Origin: a virus | Virus record (IMG/VR): IMGVR_UViG_3300010396_000009 | Coordinates: 11,232 to 75,231 of that record | Length of the DNA stretch: 64,000 nucleotides | Direction: 5' to 3' (one strand) | Part shown: positions 1 through 7,597 of the stretch, piece after piece | Layout of the letters: each line of letters begins with the position of its first letter | Numbering within the stretch: the stretch's first letter is position 1 | Notes under the pieces: generated by a model | Databases searched by the model: none | Told to the model about the DNA's origin: nothing | The model's input: only the letters and a program-made list of their open reading frames with translations | Program-made: the position numbers and the translations under genes

Positions 1-133
1 TGTCGCAGATTCTAAGCTGCCTGGACTTTGAATCCGGGGTGACCTCATCGCACTGCTCGAGCTCAGCATATTCCTTGGCAAGGTCAGCGATCTGCTCGAG
101 TCGATCACTGTCCAATCTTCCTACAGTCGGCAT
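1..133 (-). CDS. Hypothetical protein, 3' end runs off the window (MPTVGRLDSDRLEQIADLAKEYAELEQC...)
   Basis: ATG at 133-131 preceded by AGGAGAAGCAAG RBS; frame open to the window edge. Confidence 0.6.
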   Translation of the reverse strand, partial: MPTVGRLDSDRLEQIADLAKEYAELEQCDEVTPDSKSRQLRICD

Positions 134-143
134 CTTGCTTCTC

Positions 144-401
144 CTAGAGGGACAACAATTGATTAACGAACTGCCAGGACTTGTAAACGGTCATTTGCTT
201 GATCTCATCATCGGCATCCTTGCACCAGAGCTCGAAGACCCGAAGATCATTAGCCCAGTAGTCATCTTCGCCTTCGCCCCAGACGGTTATGACCATTGGC
301 TGCCTGCTGCGGTCGCAGTACCAGATGTCTGCATCCTCGTCTCGCCCGACGAAAACACAGCTGCTACACTTGGCCCACTTGTATTTCGGTTCACACAGCA
401 T
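144..401 (-). CDS. Hypothetical protein (85 aa)
   Basis: ORF with strong AGGAG RBS identical to that of the downstream gene. Confidence 0.65.
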   Translation of the reverse strand: MLCEPKYKWAKCSSCVFVGRDEDADIWYCDRSRQPMVITVWGEGEDDYWANDLRVFELWCKDADDEIKQMTVYKSWQFVNQLLSL

Positions 402-686
402 CTTGCTTCTCCTGTTCTACGAGAGACCTGTCTCATTCAGCGGCGGTAGGTCATCTCCGCCGGATCCCGGGCTACCATGCCGGGATTTCGACTACCTGTC
501 TTGTGCTACGCCCGCTGTCACCGGGAGGTTGTCTATAGCTCACGCCGGGGATAGTGCCGGTCTACTGCCTGCTCTAGGCAGATCGTGATTGGCTGCAGTC
601 CAGTCGTACCACCTGAGATGAGAGGGGCTGCGATGTGGGAACAGATTCGCGGATGCCCGGTGTTACTGCTGCATAGGCCTGTCAAA

Positions 687-718
687 TTGTCAAAGAGCCT
701 GGCAGATGGAGCTGCCAG
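687..718 (-). promoter_or_regulatory. boxB-like hairpin followed by boxA-like antitermination signal (GCTCTTTGACAA)
   Basis: Minus strand CTGGCAG-ctccat-CTGCCAG hairpin (699-718) followed immediately by GCTCTTTGACAA (698-687), resembling rrn/lambdoid boxA (TGCTCTTTAACAA). Confidence 0.5.
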
Positions 719-811
719 CCGTCTTCGGAGGTAGTGACACCTCCTCGGTCTCTGTGAGGAGCACGGGCCGTCGGACACAACCTGGCCGTTGTGTCCTCCG
801 GTTCGGGCTCG

Positions 812-1261
812 CTACTTGAGCGGCTTGGTCCCGTTGATGGTCAGGTTGAAGCTCAGCGTGGCGGGAAGCCGCACACCGTCAACCACCACCGTGGTCTGCT
901 CCGAGATCGTCCAGCCGAGGCTCTTGTCGGGGTTCTCGTACTTCACCCTGGCCGAGTACGGCACCTTGCCGACGGCCACCTCGATGGGCTTGGCGTGCTG
1001 GGCAAACCGCTCCCTGGTCATCACCGAGGTGACGGCCTGGTGCCTGGCCTGCTTCCGCAGCTTCTTGGCCTCGCTGCTCATCAGCACAGCGATCTCCTCC
1101 ATGCTCAGTCCCATCGCCAGCCAGGCATTCCGCTTGGCGTCGACCTCCGCTGCCGCTGCGGCGTTCTGCGGGGTGATACCCGTCTGCAGCCTGGCCTCGA
1201 CCTGGGCCAGGGATTCGCCAACGCTGCTCATCTTCGATGATGCTGTGTTACGACGGCTCAT
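812..1261 (-). CDS. Hypothetical protein (149 aa), first gene after the AT-rich control region
   Basis: CAGGAGA RBS; strongly biased GC3 codon usage. Confidence 0.7.
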   Translation of the reverse strand: MSRRNTASSKMSSVGESLAQVEARLQTGITPQNAAAAAEVDAKRNAWLAMGLSMEEIAVLMSSEAKKLRKQARHQAVTSVMTRERFAQHAKPIEVAVGKVPYSARVKYENPDKSLGWTISEQTTVVVDGVRLPATLSFNLTINGTKPLK

Positions 1262-1329
1262 GACATGTCTCCTGTGTGGACCAACCGCTACGCCACCCAG
1301 GTCGCCATGCGGATACCGCTAGGTCCTAG

Positions 1330-1581
1330 GTCGGATCGTAGTATTAAAATCCGATCGCATTATAGTATAAAATTGCAAAGATTAAAAATTTTTATTTAGT
1401 TTTCACTAACTCATGTGCAGCACACAACTTAGGGACGCGGCCACTAGTATACAAATGAGCAGTAGATACTTTTTGTATATCATGACATATTTGCTACTTT
1501 TTAATTAAAAATTTGGCTAAATTTTTATACATAAAATGATGATCGTCCCTAAGTTCATACAATGAGTATATTATATTTAAT
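1330..1581. promoter_or_regulatory. AT-rich divergent intergenic control region with a perfect 12-bp inverted repeat
   Basis: Non-coding and very AT-rich; AACTTAGGGACG (1426-1437) and CGTCCCTAAGTT (1544-1555). Confidence 0.6.
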
Positions 1582-2106
1582 ATGAACAATCAATTAAAAC
1601 AATTGACGTTTAACTTCCAAGTGGACCATTTTCATGAAGGTCTACTTCTGCGAAAGATTCCTAATGAAACAGGGTTCTTCGCTAGAGAAGATGGAACTAT
1701 CTGGACTACTTGGATTAACAGGGGCAGAGGAAAACGAAGACATGAGTGGATTATGGGAGATGAGTACTTACCAGTACATTTAAGTTTATGCGGTAAGCAC
1801 CCGCATGTTAAGCTTTGGACAAAAGTCTACCATGTAGGGGTTGTCATTCTTACTACTTTCATAGGGCCATGTCCGCCAGGACTAGAGTGTTGTCACGGGC
1901 CAGACGACAATCCTATGAATAATGCTGTAAGTAATCTTAGATGGGATACTAGATCTGCTAACGTAAAAGACAGAAAATTTTCAAAGCTAGACGCTGAGCA
2001 AAGACAAGAAATTAAGTAAGAGTACGCTGATGGGACTAAAGTTGCAGAGATAGCTATATTGTTTGGAGTATCGAAGAATTCTATTTATTTAGCTCTTCGA
2101 AGTTAG
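1582..2106 (+). pseudogene. Free-standing HNH homing endonuclease with C-terminal HTH, interrupted by in-frame TAA at 2017-2019
   Basis: HNH motif FIGPCPPGLECCHGPDDNPMNNAVSNLRWDTRSAN; after the stop the same frame continues EYADGTKVAEIAILFGVSKNSIYLALRS* (HTH-like) to 2106. Low GC, opposite strand. Confidence 0.75.
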
Positions 2107-4001
2107 CCAAGCGGCTCCAAGTGCTGCTCACGCTCCTTGCTCTTGGCGTGCAGCCAGTTCTCGGTGGACCAGCCGACGGTGGCCCTGATCGGCACGCAGA
2201 ACGGCTTGCTCGGCGCGTCTAGTACTGTCACGATGCGCCTGAGTAAATTATCATCTTTCTCGAGCAGCTCGAGCGGGGCGTACCCAACGATCTCGTCATG
2301 CACTGACGCCACTTGTAGTAGCTCTGGCACTTCGTCGTTGAGCGCCACCATGCGCTCTTTCAAAAGGTCGCCGGCGCCCGACTGACATACAGCGTTGAAC
2401 GCCTTATGAGCCCACTTCTCATCGAGGATCCTGCGACGCCCATAGTGATTTCGCACATAGCCGCGCTTGCGACATGCAGCCGACGCCTGCCGCGAGGCCT
2501 GCTTGAGCTCAGGCAATAACTTATTATGGTAGTCGTTATAGATCTTCAGAGCCCGCTGCTCGCACAGCATCTGAATCATCGCGCCGCGAGACTCGGGTCT
2601 CACGCCTGATGCATCGACCTCCTTGATGATGTCACCGACGAAGTCTTCATTGATCGCCAGCGTCGCCACGGTCTTTTTCTTGCCACCGCCGTATCCCATC
2701 ATAAAGTTGATCGTCTTCGCTGGCTCGCGTGGGCACGGCACAGAATCAGCAACGTACTGGTGAAAGTCTGTCCAGGGGTTTGCTACGTAAGCATCTATGC
2801 AGTTCTTGTTCTCTGTGTAGTGCACGATTATGCGGAATTCTATTTGTGAGTAGTCAGCTACTACGATTCCGTAACCCTCTGGTGGTATGATCAGAGTCTT
2901 CGCTATTTTACTCAGCTGCTGTAGATTTGGATCACTGCAGCTCATGCGCCCGGTGCGCACGCTTTGATTATACGTCGCGTGCATTCGCCCGCGAGGATCA
3001 ACGATCTCTTGCCACTTCTCGAGAAATAGCGACCTGAGGTTCTCGCACTTGCGGTACTCAATCATCGCGTTGATGAGATCTTTAGGTGAGCCCGGATACT
3101 TCTTATAGAGCTTTAGAGCGTTCTTATCGAAGCTCGGACCAGGCACGCCGGTCTCGGTAGTGGGCTCCGTCCACGCCAGTACAGGGAGACCAAACTGGTT
3201 GCACAGGATATCATAGCAGTCCTTGCTGCTCGTCGGGAGAAAGGATCTACCCGCGAGCTTGTCCATCTGCGCATCGAGCTCATACATCTTGATGAGCGTG
3301 CGCATCTCAGCTTTCTTGAGCTCTGTGGGATTCACTAGGATGCCGCGCTGCTCCATCTCGAATAGCAGCCGGGTTACTCGATGCTCAGTATACTGGACTC
3401 CCAGCGACTCTTCGGGCATCTTATCCTTGATATAGCTATAAAGAGCCTTTGTGGCTTTTATATCTATACAAGCGTACTCGGCCAGGATATCTATCGGGAT
3501 GCGACCGTAGTCCTTGTTCCCGGCGAGGTACGGCACCATCGCCAAGCCAAATTTGTCAATATCGAAGTCACACCACTGCTTGGATAGCACATCGAGTCCA
3601 TAGCCGCCCTTGAACTGTCTGTCTGAGTCGACTAATTTAGCGTCATTGACCGTGCAGATCATTTCGGTCGACGACTTCGGAGATAATCCCAGGTCAGTCG
3701 CTGAGACATGGGCGTCGAACTTTATGTTATGATTCACCCAGCGCTTTGTAGCCATCAGCACATCAGACCACCAGCCCGTGATCATCAGGTGCCTGGGTAC
3801 GAAGTGTGTCGGGGCATCAAGACCGAATGACACAGCCGCGCCGATCGCGCTGCAGTGCCCGGTGTGTGGATTTACCGCCATGAGCTTTGGATCGCCAGAC
3901 GATGTCTCAAAGTCAGCGAACAAGTGCTCTATTGATGATGGAACAGCGGGCAGCTCGCTGAACTGCTCAACGAGCTGCCCGCCAGACTCAAATGTGATCA
4001 T
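2103..4001 (-). CDS. polA: DNA polymerase family A with 3'-5' exonuclease
   Basis: Exo motifs DFET, HNIKFD, YACID; TGRMSCSDPNLQQ; motif A DYSQIEFR; motif B REPAKTINFMMGYG; motif C VHDEI. Confidence 0.95.
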   Translation of the reverse strand: MITFESGGQLVEQFSELPAVPSSIEHLFADFETSSGDPKLMAVNPHTGHCSAIGAAVSFGLDAPTHFVPRHLMITGWWSDVLMATKRWVNHNIKFDAHVSATDLGLSPKSSTEMICTVNDAKLVDSDRQFKGGYGLDVLSKQWCDFDIDKFGLAMVPYLAGNKDYGRIPIDILAEYACIDIKATKALYSYIKDKMPEESLGVQYTEHRVTRLLFEMEQRGILVNPTELKKAEMRTLIKMYELDAQMDKLAGRSFLPTSSKDCYDILCNQFGLPVLAWTEPTTETGVPGPSFDKNALKLYKKYPGSPKDLINAMIEYRKCENLRSLFLEKWQEIVDPRGRMHATYNQSVRTGRMSCSDPNLQQLSKIAKTLIIPPEGYGIVVADYSQIEFRIIVHYTENKNCIDAYVANPWTDFHQYVADSVPCPREPAKTINFMMGYGGGKKKTVATLAINEDFVGDIIKEVDASGVRPESRGAMIQMLCEQRALKIYNDYHNKLLPELKQASRQASAACRKRGYVRNHYGRRRILDEKWAHKAFNAVCQSGAGDLLKERMVALNDEVPELLQVASVHDEIVGYAPLELLEKDDNLLRRIVTVLDAPSKPFCVPIRATVGWSTENWLHAKSKEREQHLEPLG

Positions 4002-4564
4002 ACGCTAGTTCCTTGAGTGAGCTCCCTGAACTCTTTCAAGCGAGCCCTGTATGCCCGCGCGACGCGCTCGATGAGATCACCCTCGGTGACCTTGCCGAGC
4101 ATGTCAACATTGACGATGTATGGCTGATCGCGAACGATGATAGTGCCCTTGCTCACCATTCCCATAAAAGTGTCATTCACTTTCAGGATGTGCTCAAGGT
4201 TATACATCGAGTCTCCGCGCGCTCGGAAGCGCTCCTCAATATGTTGCGCTGATGCATAGATCACCACCTGAAACCCGCATCGTCGCTTGAACTCCGCCTG
4301 TACGAGGTCCCACTTGAGTGGGGTCATCTGAGTAGATCGATCATCGCAGAAGCGATAAGCGAGCTCATCTAAATGAAACCTATCCCATATCGACGTCACG
4401 CACATCCGATCAATGTAGTCGTGATATGCGTCGAACCACTTAGGAATCCTGCTCAGGTGATGAAGCATGTGAGGCATGCAAAACGTATCATCTTGTAAGC
4501 GCTCGACCAGCTTTTGGCAGAAGGTCGTCTTGCCGACGAGGTCGGCCCCTGATACTACGATCAT
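3998..4564 (-). CDS. dNMP kinase (thymidylate-kinase family), probably for modified dCMP
   Basis: P-loop VSGADLVGKTT and WDRF motif; near the TS homolog. Confidence 0.8.
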   Translation of the reverse strand: MIVVSGADLVGKTTFCQKLVERLQDDTFCMPHMLHHLSRIPKWFDAYHDYIDRMCVTSIWDRFHLDELAYRFCDDRSTQMTPLKWDLVQAEFKRRCGFQVVIYASAQHIEERFRARGDSMYNLEHILKVNDTFMGMVSKGTIIVRDQPYIVNVDMLGKVTEGDLIERVARAYRARLKEFRELTQGTSV

Positions 4565-4567
4565 ACG

Positions 4568-4750
4568 CTACTCCCTTTCTTCAATCTCGAGGAACATTCC
4601 AGTATCCGCGTCGAGCTTCTCGAACTTCCCTTTCTTGGTGACCTGAATGATCTCGATGTCGCCGTTAGAGGCCTCCTCGAGAACTTCGTCACTCAGCGCG
4701 CTCACCACTGACAGCTTTGGCTCGTCTTCGCTCACGATTAACCACTGCAT
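4568..4750 (-). CDS. Small acidic hypothetical protein
   Basis: AGGAG RBS; overlaps the TS 3' end and fills the gap to the kinase. Confidence 0.5.
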   Translation of the reverse strand: MQWLIVSEDEPKLSVVSALSDEVLEEASNGDIEIIQVTKKGKFEKLDADTGMFLEIEERE

Positions 4751-5681
4751 TGAAAGCTCCTGATTTAAAGGACATAAGATCGATTACAGAAACACACGTC
4801 TTACTCGCGCACGCTTTCACCAAGTCTCGGCTCATGTCGCCGAGCTTTGCATATATATTTGGGTCATAATTCTTGTCCTCGCGAAGTGACCGCTCGACTT
4901 CCACGGCGTCCTGGATTGTCGCGATCGAGTCGTTGAGCAGCCACGTGTTTGGCAGCGCCCTATCGACTCCCCACACGCGATACTTGGCGGCTTCCTCGGC
5001 CTTTTCCTTAAACCGCGAGTACAGGTGCATGCTCCCGACGTTATGCGTGTAGTCGCCGATCTTGAGATCGAGCTCGCACGCCATAAGTCTCTGGATGCAC
5101 GTGAATGCAAAGACGTCGAGCGGAAAGCCCAGCCATGCGTCATTACTTCGCATGTTCACCACAAGATTAAGTCTTTCCTTGCGAGCTATAAACTGTAACG
5201 TTAAGGTGCACGGAATGTCCTTGTGAGGAGGCACCTGATCTGCTGCCCAGAGGTCCTCGGGGTGCCAAATGGTCACCACGGCCTGGCGACTATTCGGATC
5301 TTTCGCCAAGATATCACGGGCTATGTAGAGCAGCGGTGCCTCAGTTTCAACTGTCCAGAATAGCCGTGGTCCGTACGCCCCGTATGTCACCTCGCCTGAA
5401 GCATACTTTCGATAGCTCGGCGCATACTCCTGAAGCATAGCGATCGCCCCGCTGCCTCCCATATACCAGAGCACCTCGGCGGCCGCGTACGCAGCAGATA
5501 CATTTCTTACATCGTTCATTAATAAGGTGCACTGCCCAGCTGCGCTCAGCTTCGCTGAGTAGCCAATGATCTCGCCGCAGACGTCGCCATCGCGTGACGC
5601 TTGAGAGCCTATGTCCTGGTCTAGTAGCTGATCCAGGAGATGAATGAACCATGTGTCGATAGAGTTGAACATTAGTCGCAT
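4689..5681 (-). CDS. Thymidylate-synthase-superfamily enzyme, predicted dCMP hydroxymethylase (or dCMP methylase)
   Basis: YGAYGPRL, DPNSRQAV, catalytic DIPCT, MRSNDAWLGFPLD (Asp where ThyA has the dUMP-specifying Asn), GSMHLY. Start chosen at ATG 5681 with AGGAG RBS. Confidence 0.8.
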   Translation of the reverse strand: MRLMFNSIDTWFIHLLDQLLDQDIGSQASRDGDVCGEIIGYSAKLSAAGQCTLLMNDVRNVSAAYAAAEVLWYMGGSGAIAMLQEYAPSYRKYASGEVTYGAYGPRLFWTVETEAPLLYIARDILAKDPNSRQAVVTIWHPEDLWAADQVPPHKDIPCTLTLQFIARKERLNLVVNMRSNDAWLGFPLDVFAFTCIQRLMACELDLKIGDYTHNVGSMHLYSRFKEKAEEAAKYRVWGVDRALPNTWLLNDSIATIQDAVEVERSLREDKNYDPNIYAKLGDMSRDLVKACASKTCVSVIDLMSFKSGAFNAVVNRERRRAKAVSGERAE

Positions 5682-5687
5682 GCTCCT

Positions 5688-5716
5688 ATTATAACAGGGA
5701 TCCCTTCTTAGGTACA
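5688..5716 (-). promoter_or_regulatory. Promoter TGTACC-17nt-TATAAT upstream of the TS homolog
   Basis: Exact 17-nt spacing; same architecture at three other sites. Confidence 0.65.
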
Positions 5717-6975
5717 CTCTTCCAGGACCTTACCAGCTTTCCGGTGATTGGGTCAACGTTGAAGCGCCGAAACTGCTTTTGCACGCACTTCGGGTAGCGA
5801 TCCATTGAGAACTGCTGCCCAACGTAGTTGCTCACGTCGATGACCTTCTCGATCATTCCCGACGAGTCTTGTCCCTCGAAGAGCCCGGTCCTCGCGTTAT
5901 ACGTAGTGGTCCATTCTTTTACTTCATCATCGGTGTTATCCCACTCATCATTCAGGCACGACAGGCATTGCTCGGCTATCCACTCGCCGACCTCTGGGCA
6001 CACTCCCTTCGCCAGCTGGTGACACGGGTCATGCCCGACTGGGATCTTGTCACCCCAGCCCATGATCTTGGCGAGCTCACCTATAGTTAGAGGGCGATCA
6101 TGCCACGGGTGAATCAGCCTAGTTGAGCTCGACTGGAGAGTCGGACACGGGCGGAACCAGCTCGTGCGATATATGCAGTGCATGCTAAAGGGCATATTAG
6201 ACGAGCGATTAGTCCACTTTAGCTTTTGTCGAGCCGTGCAGTTCTCGAAGTCATACTGAGCTAGCGTGTTCAATCCCCAGCCCGTTGGCAGCCGCGGAAT
6301 GGCGTCCCTGTCGTCTTCTCTCAGCAGGGCATAAGAATCAGCGTCATAGTTATCAGAGACGCGATCCCACGGGTGAGTAACCCTGTCCATGTCACCGCCT
6401 ATAGCGTCAAAGAGCACGGGATAGTACGGGCTGATGTCAGGCAGCGAGATGTTGAATTTCTTGTCGCGCGGATACAGGATGTAGAAATATCTCTTGCGCT
6501 GCTGACAGTTGCCGAATGTGGCGGCGTTGATGAAGACATGGGCGACGCGGTAGCCGTAGGTCACAGCGCGCTGCGTTACTTCAGCAAATAAAGGTCGCCC
6601 GGTGCTATACGCCTGGTTCACGCTTTCAAGGACGATGATCGGAAATTGACCCATCGCCCAATTGAATACGTCGTGCGTGTCCTGGCATTGCCTCGCATGG
6701 ATGCCATGACCCGATGCGCCGTACCCAGCCGTAGTGCACGACCACGAGGTGCATCTTGGATTGGCGAAGCACACGTCACCATCAAGGCACTTCGGCCAAT
6801 CATCCGGGTGTGAGTCAATGACGTTAGGCACGCCCCACACCCGACGACTGGTCTCGAGTCCAAACCCGTGACGCTCTAGGTGGTACTCGACGTCGAAGTG
6901 CTTTTGGAATCCGCCTGAGAATCCGCCGGCGAAGACGTGGCACCCGACGGCTTTTCTCTTAGAAACTGTAACCAT
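5689..6975 (-). CDS. Divergent C5-cytosine DNA methyltransferase-like protein
   Basis: Motif I variant CHVFAGGF, motif IV ANPRC, motif VI LESV, motif VIII QQRKRYF, motif IX RPLTIGELAKIMG, motif X QLAKGVCP. Likely start ATG 6975 (AAGGA RBS). Confidence 0.75.
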   Translation of the reverse strand: MVTVSKRKAVGCHVFAGGFSGGFQKHFDVEYHLERHGFGLETSRRVWGVPNVIDSHPDDWPKCLDGDVCFANPRCTSWSCTTAGYGASGHGIHARQCQDTHDVFNWAMGQFPIIVLESVNQAYSTGRPLFAEVTQRAVTYGYRVAHVFINAATFGNCQQRKRYFYILYPRDKKFNISLPDISPYYPVLFDAIGGDMDRVTHPWDRVSDNYDADSYALLREDDRDAIPRLPTGWGLNTLAQYDFENCTARQKLKWTNRSSNMPFSMHCIYRTSWFRPCPTLQSSSTRLIHPWHDRPLTIGELAKIMGWGDKIPVGHDPCHQLAKGVCPEVGEWIAEQCLSCLNDEWDNTDDEVKEWTTTYNARTGLFEGQDSSGMIEKVIDVSNYVGQQFSMDRYPKCVQKQFRRFNVDPITGKLVRSWKSVPKKGSLL

Positions 6976-7109
6976 ACATTCCTTGCTATGGCCATGCATG
7001 CTGGGCACAGCCAAACTATCGAAGCGTTCTCGTAACTGGTCAAGGACAGCGAGTGACACTTGTACTTAGTGTCGCATCGCCCGCACTGGAACTTGTTACC
7101 CTTGATCAT
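6876..7109 (-). CDS. Small Cys-rich (zinc-ribbon-like) hypothetical protein
   Basis: CxxC...CxxC; ATGA overlap with the upstream gene. Confidence 0.45.
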   Translation of the reverse strand: MIKGNKFQCGRCDTKYKCHSLSLTSYENASIVWLCPACMAIARNVWLQFLREKPSGATSSPADSQADSKSTSTSSTT

Positions 7110-7597
7110 CTTTTCTTTTTCTTGTAATTCTTGAGGACAGTCTTCAGATCTGGCGCCCTATAATTTGCACCCTTCTGCCGGACGCGGGCGCCGTCTGGGT
7201 CAGCCACCTGACGCTCCTTGGTCATGTTACTGGCATGGACCTCCTCAAAGGCCTCGACTAGCGGCAGATCGTACGACACCGCAGTGCCCAGCAGCACGTA
7301 GAGCATGTCAGCTAAGGCATCTAGCAAGAGAAGCTCATCGCAGGTATGCAGCGCCGTAGCTTTCTCTGAAAGCTCCTCAGCGTCTAGGTGCAGGCGCAGA
7401 TAGCGAATGTCGCTCGTCTCCTTGAACTTGGCAATCATGCGCTCAGCCAGTGTAGATAGCTCCGCGGCAGCCGCCTCCAATTCAGGGCTCGGGTCGAGCT
7501 TACCGTGAAGCTTCTGCCGATAGCCGATCCCGAGCTTGATGTGAAACGCTCGCACGTGCTCGATCGCCTGCTGCAGCGTTAGGTCAGAATTTTTCAC
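7106..7597 (-). CDS. MazG-like all-alpha NTP pyrophosphatase (dUTPase/dCTPase candidate)
   Basis: EELSE...DALADMLYV...EVHASNMTK motif set. Confidence 0.85.
   Translation of the reverse strand: MKNSDLTLQQAIEHVRAFHIKLGIGYRQKLHGKLDPSPELEAAAAELSTLAERMIAKFKETSDIRYLRLHLDAEELSEKATALHTCDELLLLDALADMLYVLLGTAVSYDLPLVEAFEEVHASNMTKERQVADPDGARVRQKGANYRAPDLKTVLKNYKKKKR

Noticed and set aside
414-450. Hammerhead-like CTGAATGAG on the minus strand
   Set aside because: The core deviates from CUGANGA and no correctly placed GAAA or stems were found.
2017-2019. Genome-wide stop-codon reassignment suggested by the in-frame TAA
   Set aside because: TAA, TAG and TGA all terminate conserved genes at expected lengths; this is a single lesion.
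4689-5681. Annotation as ordinary thyA
   Set aside because: Asp replaces the dUMP-specifying Asn, and a separate ThyX is present.
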